This document shows positions 9,734-17,459 of a stretch of DNA of 64,000 nt, in pieces. Location: positions 5,407 to 69,406 of the forward strand of contig CAYRXT010000007.1 of NCBI GenBank assembly GCA_964428315.1. The letters run 5' to 3'. The stretch comes from an uncultured Planctomycetales bacterium. GTDB lineage: Bacteria; Omnitrophota; Gorgyraeia; Zapsychrales; CAYRXT01. Position 1 is the stretch's first letter; each line of letters opens with the position of its first letter. The notes below the pieces were generated by a model that was not told the origin of the DNA, did not search any database, and saw only the letters and a program-made list of their open reading frames with translations. Both the position numbers and the translations under genes were made by a program.

Positions 9734-10444
9734 TTAAAGATTCATCATCATCTCTTCGGATTTATAGCCCAGGATGACTTCGTCGCCGCGGATCGCCTTG
9801 ACCTTCAGGGCGTCGATGCTCTCTCCCACGGCCACGAAATGCGTAATGCCGTTTACCGTGTCCTCGATCATCGCGATGGGGGCCCCTTCGTCCTCCACGC
9901 TGGAAATCCCCACCAGCCTGAGATTCTTCGTGAGTGCCGTAATCTGCACGGCTTCGGGCGCTTCGTCAGGTGATTTTTCCACCACCTTCTTCTCGTAGGG
10001 CTGAAAAATATTCCTGTGTTCCAGCAGGCTCAGGTATAGGGAGACATCCGGCGAAGACGGTACCGCGATCTGCATCGACCCTTTGCTCCCCTCATCCCGA
10101 GAAACAGCGATCTCCTGCCTGGTGTAACGCAGTCCGTTTACAATATTCCAAACGAAAAGCAGGCATACAACCATAAGGGCGGCCAGGAGGAGATTGTTCA
10201 CTTCCCTCATCCCGAAGCTCGGCCGGCCAGAACCGCTGCGAAGGCCGGAAAAGAGTCCCTCCAGGGCCGGCGGCAGGTTCAGGCCCGGGAGGCCCAGTCC
10301 CTTGACTGAGGTAGCGACCGCCGCCGCCTCCATTTCCCCCGAGGCTTCTTCCTTTTCGGCCTCTACGGCCGGGGCATCACCTCCCTGCTCTTCAATCAGA
10401 CGCAGGAGTTTCTGCTCGCCTGTTTCTTTTTTTTTTGCTGACAT
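9734..10444 (-). CDS. Bitopic GspC/PilP-like secretin-associated protein
   Basis: One TM segment, RNIF motif, C-terminal LRLVGI...AMIED...GESI...VKAI..DEVIL resembling the GspC HR / PilP domain; directly upstream of the secretin. Confidence 0.65.
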   Translation of the reverse strand: MSAKKKETGEQKLLRLIEEQGGDAPAVEAEKEEASGEMEAAAVATSVKGLGLPGLNLPPALEGLFSGLRSGSGRPSFGMREVNNLLLAALMVVCLLFVWNIVNGLRYTRQEIAVSRDEGSKGSMQIAVPSSPDVSLYLSLLEHRNIFQPYEKKVVEKSPDEAPEAVQITALTKNLRLVGISSVEDEGAPIAMIEDTVNGITHFVAVGESIDALKVKAIRGDEVILGYKSEEMMMNL

Positions 10445-10451
10445 AGTGTGT

Positions 10452-10501
10452 CCAGGTCACCAGGTCACCAGGTCACATGTGACCTTGTGACTTTGTGACT
10501 T
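10452..10501. repeat. Inverted octamer array (CCAGGTCA)x3-CA-(TGTGACYT)x3
   Basis: Read directly; contains the perfect 16-bp palindrome AGGTCACATGTGACCT at 10470-10485. Confidence 0.9.
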
Positions 10502-10509
10502 CGCGCCGT

Positions 10510-11406
10510 TCACGCCAAATCCTCCGTCTTCTGATAAGCCGGCTTGCTGATCATCGTCTTGCGGTCCCATCCCGCCTGTCGCTCCTTATCCAGGACATCC
10601 CTCACGACAGACTTGTCGGCGACAGGCTTGTTCTGCATAACCATCTCCTTCAGGACGCGGTGGCAGAGCATCGTGATACTGCGGGGGTATCCACGCGAGT
10701 AATTGTATATCTCGCTGACGGCATCCGGAGAGAACAATTCCATCGCAGAGGCATACCCGGCCTTCCGGATCCGGTATTCTATCATTTCCTTTGTCTCTTT
10801 GGGGCCCAGCGGATTCAGCGTGTACTTAAAACTTATCCGGTCAATGAAATTGGACATGTTCGCTATCTTCGAATATAACTCCATCTGTCCAAGAAGCACA
10901 AGCTGTATAAGTTTGTATTCATTGGTTTCGAAATTCAGCAAAACCCGCAGGACCTCCAGCGTTGTGAGGTCCAGCTTCTGCGCCTCATCAATAATGAGGA
11001 TGACGGTCTTCTTCTCCTCGACACTCTTCTGGATCAGAAATCTTTCAACGGCGTCACGCAGATCCAGGATGCGTTCAATGGCCGGCATGTCCGACGGCTC
11101 CAGTTCGATATTAAAATTTCTTACCAGTGATATCAAAAACTGCTCTTCATTTTCAAAGGCCGGATTGAGTATCATGTGAAATATCAGATCGCCGCGCCTT
11201 CGCAGTTCTTGAACAAGCTTGCGCGACAGGCTCGTCTTCCCGGTCCCGATATCACCGAATATGACTGTGAGACCACGGCGCAAACGCAGTTCAATCAGGA
11301 TGTTGGTCAAGGCCATATCGTGTTCGCGCGTAAGATAGAAAAATTCCGGATCGGGGCTCGTTGAGAATGGTTCTTTTTTAAAACCAAGCAGACTGTGATA
11401 GGACAT
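10510..11406 (-). CDS. ExeA/GspA-like AAA ATPase
   Basis: PFSTSPDPEFFY, Walker A GDIGTGKT, Walker B IIDEAQ, LVLLGQ and GYPRSI motifs. Confidence 0.9.
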   Translation of the reverse strand: MSYHSLLGFKKEPFSTSPDPEFFYLTREHDMALTNILIELRLRRGLTVIFGDIGTGKTSLSRKLVQELRRRGDLIFHMILNPAFENEEQFLISLVRNFNIELEPSDMPAIERILDLRDAVERFLIQKSVEEKKTVILIIDEAQKLDLTTLEVLRVLLNFETNEYKLIQLVLLGQMELYSKIANMSNFIDRISFKYTLNPLGPKETKEMIEYRIRKAGYASAMELFSPDAVSEIYNYSRGYPRSITMLCHRVLKEMVMQNKPVADKSVVRDVLDKERQAGWDRKTMISKPAYQKTEDLA

Positions 11407-11528
11407 ATGCGTTCATTCTTGGGTTGGCAGGGAATATTCAGATATGCCGCGAAGTTTACACCATCGCGACATCATCATTCCTATGTGATAGATAACTATA
11501 TATTACGATATTTATATTTAATTTAATT

Positions 11529-12569
11529 TTAACAAAGTCGAGTTGATTGAGAAGACTTTTTTGACTTTTTTTTCGACGAGTGGCACAACATGAGATTCCA
11601 AATACCGACGATAAATCCATAGGTCCGCGTGAAAGACCTCAGGAACATGACGGCGCACAAATAAAGTCTTTCAGTCCAGAACGCGCACATCCGGAAAGAA
11701 TAGGCGGTTTCCGTAATGCCTAATAACACTGTTCCGGTTAAAACAGTTATTCCGCCACCGGTTACACCCAGGGCCCACATTGCAGTTCCGGCCGCGATCA
11801 CACAGACTAAAACAGGTTCCATCATGTCTTTCACAAATGTATAGTCGTCCCCCCGACTCATGCCGGGATGATCCCTGTACATCTTGGCCCTCCAGAATCC
11901 GTGGCGCGCCTGTTCCCGCAAATACAAAACCAGGTTTTCCGGAAACACATGGTTCACTTCGACTTTTTTCGCGAACCTTATTGCGTATCCGGCCTTAAAG
12001 ATCCTGTAACTTAAGTCATTATCCTCACCGCTGGCAGATCTATATGTCTCATCAAAACCGCCGACCTCCATCATCACATTTCTTCTGACACAAAAGTTAT
12101 AACTTCCGAACGACTTAGGATAATCGGGCATTAACGTGCGATGGCGAAAGATGATCTCACGGTAAATGCATCTCGCCAGAAGGCTATCATTATTCTTAAT
12201 TCCGTAACTGCCTGATACTACAGCTACTTTTGTTTCTGCCAAATATCCGAGCATGGTTTTGATCCATGTCTCTTTCGGCTCGCAATCCGCATCTGTAAAA
12301 AAGACAACCTCTCCGGTGCTGATCTTCCAGCCCCTGTTTCGAGCGGTCGCCGGTCCGGCGTTGTCTTGATAAAAATATTGGACTTGGGGGAAGCCTTTCA
12401 CAACCTCTCTCGTGGCATCCGTAGATCCGTCATCAACGACAATGATTTCCTTTTCTCCAGGATAATTCTGACACAACAGGGCCTTTATAGTTTCCCTAAG
12501 AGAAACCGCGCTGTTGTAGGCGGGGATAACAATGCTGACACGAGAATTCTTAGAGTAGCCGTCCGTCAT
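11529..12569 (-). CDS. Glycosyltransferase family 2 with C-terminal membrane segments
   Basis: VSIVIPAYN, VVDDGSTD, GPATARN, FTDAD, GGFDE and GED motifs. Confidence 0.9.
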   Translation of the reverse strand: MTDGYSKNSRVSIVIPAYNSAVSLRETIKALLCQNYPGEKEIIVVDDGSTDATREVVKGFPQVQYFYQDNAGPATARNRGWKISTGEVVFFTDADCEPKETWIKTMLGYLAETKVAVVSGSYGIKNNDSLLARCIYREIIFRHRTLMPDYPKSFGSYNFCVRRNVMMEVGGFDETYRSASGEDNDLSYRIFKAGYAIRFAKKVEVNHVFPENLVLYLREQARHGFWRAKMYRDHPGMSRGDDYTFVKDMMEPVLVCVIAAGTAMWALGVTGGGITVLTGTVLLGITETAYSFRMCAFWTERLYLCAVMFLRSFTRTYGFIVGIWNLMLCHSSKKKSKKSSQSTRLC

Positions 12570-13225
12570 CTTTTTTGAGCGACAACATACAGGATCATTC
12601 CAAAAAGCCTTCCGGCCATCTTGTCCGGTGATAATCGAAGCGGAAACGTATTGAGCCCCCCCTCCCGTACTGCGCGAAGACCGTTTCGTTCATGCAGCCG
12701 GCGCAAAGCGGACAAGGTGAAAGGGCGTTCGTCGATTCCCGGCATGTAGAAGGGGCGTATGATCTCCCAGGGCGACCAACGGTTGGGGACGAAAGTCGCG
12801 ATCACGCCGTTCTCTCCAAGGACAGAAACAAAATTGCGCAGGATCCTGTCCTGATCTTGCGCAACAAAATGTTCGAACAACCCGTCCGAAAAAATCAGAT
12901 CAAACCGTCCCGCCGTCTTTTTAGACAGCTCCTCCTTGAGCAGATCGGCCTGCAGAAGATCCGCCCTGCCATCGGTCATGTGCCTGGTCATGGCCAGGGA
13001 CTGATCGGCAAAATCAACAGCGGCCGTGCGCATGCCCCTGTCGCAAAAAAACCTTGAAAAAAAACCGCTGCCGCATCCCGCGTCCAGGGCCCGTCTTCCA
13101 GAAACGGTCAGCGGATCAAGGACGCGCATAATCCGCCGCTTGGACCAGCTGACGTTTTCCGCACTCCTTTTCTGTCTCCGCCAGAATTGATCCCAATTCC
13201 GTGATGTGGGCGTATCGAGTTCCAT
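12566..13225 (-). CDS. Class I SAM-dependent methyltransferase
   Basis: LDAGCGSG motif I and FDLIFSDGLFEH. Confidence 0.88.
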   Translation of the reverse strand: MELDTPTSRNWDQFWRRQKRSAENVSWSKRRIMRVLDPLTVSGRRALDAGCGSGFFSRFFCDRGMRTAAVDFADQSLAMTRHMTDGRADLLQADLLKEELSKKTAGRFDLIFSDGLFEHFVAQDQDRILRNFVSVLGENGVIATFVPNRWSPWEIIRPFYMPGIDERPFTLSALRRLHERNGLRAVREGGLNTFPLRLSPDKMAGRLFGMILYVVAQKR

Positions 13226-13275
13226 AAAATATTCTTACCGGTCAGGCGCCGGTTCCAAGGCAACAGCCGGGGTTT

Positions 13276-13635
13276 TTATTTTGCATCCCCCACCCTCTCC
13301 CTGAGCTGCTCAATTTCAAGTTCCAGCATGCCGATGCGCTGCGCCATGACGGCGTTGCGGCCGTCTTGCTGGCAGATGAACGTTGTCAACAAAAGGCTCA
13401 GAAACACAAAGAAAGCCAGCAGCGTAAAAAAGATAAAATTGCTGGGCAATTCGAAACCCGCCCACCGGGCCAGGCCAAAAAGCCAGTCATCAAAAATGAT
13501 AAACACGATGCCGGCAACAGAAAGGATGATCCAGCCGACGGCGTATTTAAAGGTGAGCTTTCCCCGGCGGATCAATTCAATGACGATCATCAAAAACATC
13601 AGCGGCATCAAAAAGGCGAAGAGCTTAAGGTCCAT
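13276..13635 (-). CDS. DUF2304-like small membrane protein
   Basis: Three TM segments, ELIRRGKL..KYAVGW and C-terminal AQRIG..E; typical partner downstream of a DPM-like GT2. Confidence 0.8.
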   Translation of the reverse strand: MDLKLFAFLMPLMFLMIVIELIRRGKLTFKYAVGWIILSVAGIVFIIFDDWLFGLARWAGFELPSNFIFFTLLAFFVFLSLLLTTFICQQDGRNAVMAQRIGMLELEIEQLRERVGDAK

Positions 13636-13636
13636 A

Positions 13637-14353
13637 TCACGTCCCCTTCTTTCTCGTTCTTAACATGTTGATAAGGATAGCGGTTGTCACCTTGAGCATG
13701 TAGTACAGAGCGACAAGAAAGCGTATAGAAGAATGTCCTTCCCGGCGGGCACGCATCCTGACGGGGACCTCGGCGATACGCAGCCGGGACCGCCGCGCTA
13801 TAACAATCGCTTCGGGCTCGGGAAAATCCTGGGGATATTCACCGGCGAACTCTTCAACCGCTTTTCGGTTATAAGCGAAAAAGCCGGACGTCGGATCCGT
13901 CACCTTCATGCCGATAAGCCATCCGATCAGACGCGAAAAAAAGTTTATGCCGAAGCGTCTCAGACGAGATGACCGGAAACCCCGGTGCGGCGGTAAAAAG
14001 CGGCTCCCGATCACGACGTCCGCCATGTCCTTGTGCAGCAGGTCAAGGAGATTCCCGGCACAGGCCGGATCATGCTGCCCGTCACCGTCGACACGGACAA
14101 TTTGATCGAAATCCTGCCGCAGGGCGTATTTCAATCCCGTCTGCACGGCGCCGCCCACCCCTACGTTAAAAGGCAGGGAAATCACGGACACGCCCTTCTC
14201 CCTGGCCGTGACGGCCGTCTCATCATCTGAACCGTCATTGACCACCAGGATCTCTGCCTCGAGGGGCAATCCCTTGATTTCATCGATGAGACCTCCGATA
14301 TTTCCGGATTCATTGTAGGCAGGCACTATGAAAAGAAGCTTTGCCTTATTCAT
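13637..14353 (-). CDS. DPM-synthase-like glycosyltransferase family 2
   Basis: IVPAYNE, VNDGSDD, DGDGQHDP, IGSRF and DPTSGF. Start moved to ATG 14353. Confidence 0.9.
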   Translation of the reverse strand: MNKAKLLFIVPAYNESGNIGGLIDEIKGLPLEAEILVVNDGSDDETAVTAREKGVSVISLPFNVGVGGAVQTGLKYALRQDFDQIVRVDGDGQHDPACAGNLLDLLHKDMADVVIGSRFLPPHRGFRSSRLRRFGINFFSRLIGWLIGMKVTDPTSGFFAYNRKAVEEFAGEYPQDFPEPEAIVIARRSRLRIAEVPVRMRARREGHSSIRFLVALYYMLKVTTAILINMLRTRKKGT

Positions 14354-14439
14354 AGAACGCTTGTCTTTCCGAGGGAGCGAGAAAAACGTTATACGCAAGT
14401 GGAGCCGGGAAAACCCGGCAGGGTAACCGCAGCAGCGAG

Positions 14440-14808
14440 TTATCGGACAATCCCGCCTTCTTTTAAGCGGCCCATGAGACTGCAATCGATGCAAAAAGAT
14501 TCGGCCTTGATCACGATGCCGCCTTTCAGCCTCTTATCGATACACTCTTTGATCCCGACGGACGGGCCCCATTTGCGCCGCACGAGCCGCTGTATTGCCC
14601 GAAGGTTAACCGTCTTGATCGTCTTATGCGTAATGACCGTCACCTCATCGGGAGAATCCGCACCTTCCCCCAGTCTTAAGACATCAAGCCGTTTAAGCGC
14701 GGATTCGACAAGAATGTTGTCCAGCATCTTTTTCAGAACGAAGACAATAATGATGGCTATGCCGATCTGGACAAGGATAATCTTCAGCAAGACAGCGGCC
14801 GCGTCCAT
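14440..14808 (-). CDS. Membrane-anchored protein with ATP synthase delta/OSCP-like C-terminal domain
   Basis: N-terminal TM segment; C-terminal IDKRLKGGIVIK..FCIDCSLMGRL resembles the delta-subunit vD..liGG...iD.Sl..rL pattern. Confidence 0.55.
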   Translation of the reverse strand: MDAAAVLLKIILVQIGIAIIIVFVLKKMLDNILVESALKRLDVLRLGEGADSPDEVTVITHKTIKTVNLRAIQRLVRRKWGPSVGIKECIDKRLKGGIVIKAESFCIDCSLMGRLKEGGIVR

Positions 14809-14809
14809 G

Positions 14810-16087
14810 TCACGGAACCTTCTTTGTGTGGCTCTTTATATAACGGGCCGCATAGGCGATCAGCCGGTCACCCTCTTCCTTCCGTCTCTTGTCGGGCCTG
14901 ACCCCCTCAAAAGGGAACACGGATCCGTCGGGGAAATACCCGCGGGCGGTCACCAGCGCCACCATCGACCCGTCCTCGAAATGGAACATGCTTTTGAGCA
15001 GGACCCGTCCGGCCGTGGAGACGCCCATCAAGATCGCCCGTCCCCTGCGCTGCAGGACACCGGAAAAAAGTTCCGACGCGCTTCCGCTTTTCTCATTAAC
15101 CAGTATAACGACCGGCCCTTCGTACCGGAACCGTTCGGGGATCTCGGGAACGACCAGCGAGGACTTCGGTTGATCCCTTTTCTTAAAATAGGCAAATTCC
15201 TGGTTCGGCTCAAGGAAAAAAGAAGAGATCTCCCAGGCCGCCAGCGGCGGCCCGCCCGGATTACCCCGAAGGTCAAGGATGAGGCCCGCATGGTCCTTGC
15301 GCCCGATGAGTTCAAGGTACCGGAACAAATCGTCCGACGTCTTGCGGTTAAACCTCGTGATCTCCAGGCAATAGACATCCTCGACGGGAGTGGGAACCAT
15401 AAAAACCGTCTGTTTGTAGTACTGCTGGCTGACGAGTTCGAGGGTCTTGACCCGGCCGTCCTCGGGGTCAATGTACCGCACCATTGTCTCTGTCCCTTTC
15501 AACGGCGTAAGCAATTCCTGGATCTCGGATTCCGTGAGCCCGCCGATGTCCTGACCGTTGACGGCCTTGACCAGCGCCTCGGGACGAAGGCCCTTTCGAT
15601 AGGCGTCCGATCGCGGCTCCACATGTCCGACACGAAAACCTTCCGCCGTCAACCGGCCTTCAATCCCAAGATCAATCTTTTCACCGAGCACCTTGCGCTG
15701 AAAGTCATCCGCGACCTGCGGAGGAAGGAACGCCGAAAAATCATCGCGGGGATCTTTCATAAAGTCGACCAGATAGGCCGCCGAACGCCATGTGATGTAC
15801 TCGCTTCGTTTGCCCTCACCTTTCAGTTGGGGGTAGATCTTTTTGTCAAAGGTCTTGAGGAACCGTTTGAAATCCTTCCTTTGCACGGGCTGAAAATAAT
15901 TCTCGTCCATCGTGCGGTAGACCTCTTCAAAAAAATCAATATATTCCCGGTATGACCCGTCCTGCCCGCCTGAGACAGCGTAAACGGCGCCCGCCGAAAG
16001 AATGGACACAGACAACAGAATACCGGCACAGCCCAGCGACGTCATGTTAACGATGGGAAAACGCATTAAGAAATATCTTAAGGACAT
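14810..16087 (-). CDS. S41 family (CtpA/Prc-like) peptidase with PDZ domain
   Basis: LGIE PDZ start, LDLRGNPGG, SGSASELFSG and GVRPD motifs. Start placed at ATG 16087. Confidence 0.88.
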   Translation of the reverse strand: MSLRYFLMRFPIVNMTSLGCAGILLSVSILSAGAVYAVSGGQDGSYREYIDFFEEVYRTMDENYFQPVQRKDFKRFLKTFDKKIYPQLKGEGKRSEYITWRSAAYLVDFMKDPRDDFSAFLPPQVADDFQRKVLGEKIDLGIEGRLTAEGFRVGHVEPRSDAYRKGLRPEALVKAVNGQDIGGLTESEIQELLTPLKGTETMVRYIDPEDGRVKTLELVSQQYYKQTVFMVPTPVEDVYCLEITRFNRKTSDDLFRYLELIGRKDHAGLILDLRGNPGGPPLAAWEISSFFLEPNQEFAYFKKRDQPKSSLVVPEIPERFRYEGPVVILVNEKSGSASELFSGVLQRRGRAILMGVSTAGRVLLKSMFHFEDGSMVALVTARGYFPDGSVFPFEGVRPDKRRKEEGDRLIAYAARYIKSHTKKVP

Positions 16088-16093
16088 AGTTGC

Positions 16094-16102
16094 ATTATAA
16101 CA
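16094..16102 (-). promoter_or_regulatory. Extended -10 promoter element TGTTATAAT
   Basis: TGnTATAAT ends 6 nt upstream of ATG 16087. Confidence 0.55.
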
Positions 16103-16178
16103 CACGCGGTTCATGATTGCCCGCCGATTCCCATCAGGTGAACAGGTCTCCTCTCCGGCCCTCCGTTAGATCAAGACC

Positions 16179-16219
16179 AAAAAAATCCCCCGCTCCAAAC
16201 AATCTGCCGCAAGCGGGGG
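16179..16219 (-). terminator. Intrinsic terminator after the EF-hand gene
   Basis: CCCCCGCT/AGCGGGGG stem followed by ATTTTTTT on the minus strand. Confidence 0.7.
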
Positions 16220-16249
16220 CATTCCCTCTCAAGACAAAACCAAGCAGTT

Positions 16250-16642
16250 TTAGCGGACATGCTTCTTGATCGCCTCCGCCTCCTCCCGGGATATCACGCC
16301 GTCATCGTTGTCATCGTACTCCTTGAGGATATCGGAATGGACCGCAATGCCGCCTCGTCCATCGATATCGTCAACCACGTCGCGCAAAAATATCTTCGTC
16401 TCGGCGAGCTGAAGGTAACCGTCGCGGTTGACGTCATAGCGCCGCTCGTCGCTGTTGTTTACCATGGGAAGCGTCGACACCCACTGGGGCAACTCCTTCT
16501 TCATTTCTTCCTTCTTTTCCTTATTGGCCCGTTCCAGCGCCCGGCGGCGCCGGTTCCAGTCGATAAGCTGGGCGTGCGCCTGGCATGTCGATAAAAAGAA
16601 GACGGCCGTCATGACAATAAGAGAACCTGTTTTTTTAATCAT
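16250..16642 (-). CDS. Secreted EF-hand protein
   Basis: Signal peptide ending AHA; EF loops DVNRDGYLQLAE and DDNDDGVISREE; AGGAGG RBS before ATG 16642. Confidence 0.82.
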   Translation of the reverse strand: MIKKTGSLIVMTAVFFLSTCQAHAQLIDWNRRRRALERANKEKKEEMKKELPQWVSTLPMVNNSDERRYDVNRDGYLQLAETKIFLRDVVDDIDGRGGIAVHSDILKEYDDNDDGVISREEAEAIKKHVR

Positions 16643-16701
16643 CGGCTCCTCCTTATTCCGGTTCCAATTATTAAAAGTATATACTCTTTGGATGCCACAT
16701 G

Positions 16702-17430
16702 TCAATTGCCATCAGACAGCATTTCTTCCTCGCGCCGGATCCGGCTTCTGTCAAGCCCGTCCTTTTCGTCCGCAGTGAGTTCGTCGGCCCATATCAACGG
16801 CGTGAAGACGGAAGCGACGGCCTTTTTGACGCTCCCGGCACACAGAGGAAGGTTACCCAGAAAATCTCGGTGCGCACGCCCGCGACGGTAATCGGGGATA
16901 TCTTCCGGAACGGCAAGATAACGTTCGATCTTCTCCAGATCGAAATTGTACAGAACCGTGCCGTGGTGCAGGATATAACGGCGTCCGCGTTTCTGCGCGT
17001 TGCCGGATATCTTGCGTTCGTCCGGCCCCATCGCCAGATCACAGACGGGACGGAAAAAAACCTCGCGGCCGGCCGCCTTCCCCAAGACCGACAACTTTTC
17101 AAGGATGTACCGGTAGGATCGCCTGATATCATGCAGGGCGGGATGGCGCGCCTTGTCCAGTATCAGAGTGTAATTCAAGCATCCTCTTCCCTGTAGCACT
17201 GTCCCGCCGCCTGAACACCGGCGCAAAACCGGGATCCCGTCCCTCCCTGCCTCCTCCATGCGCACATCCCTGCGCGCATCGGCGATACGGCCGAGCACAA
17301 TAAAAGGCTTCTGTGATTCCCAAAACCGCAAGGCCTCTCCTCCCTTACCCTGCTCGGCCATATTCAAAAGGACTTCATCAAAATGGATATTGTCCGCAGG
17401 CGAAGAAAAGGAGATATCTTTTGCGATCAT
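16702..17430 (-). CDS. lplA: Lipoate-protein ligase A family protein
   Basis: RRCSGGGTV, KISGNAQ and HHGTVL motifs; next to the gcv genes. Start moved to ATG 17430. Confidence 0.85.
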   Translation of the reverse strand: MIAKDISFSSPADNIHFDEVLLNMAEQGKGGEALRFWESQKPFIVLGRIADARRDVRMEEAGRDGIPVLRRCSGGGTVLQGRGCLNYTLILDKARHPALHDIRRSYRYILEKLSVLGKAAGREVFFRPVCDLAMGPDERKISGNAQKRGRRYILHHGTVLYNFDLEKIERYLAVPEDIPDYRRGRAHRDFLGNLPLCAGSVKKAVASVFTPLIWADELTADEKDGLDRSRIRREEEMLSDGN

Positions 17431-17459
17431 GGATAGCCGCCTTATCCGCGCTTTTGACG

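Noticed and set aside
14399-15955. 518-aa plus-strand ORF, and similar long antisense ORFs such as 6919-7959, 8776-9777 and 37758-38900
   Set aside because: Each lies antisense to a well-supported gene and has no recognisable motifs.
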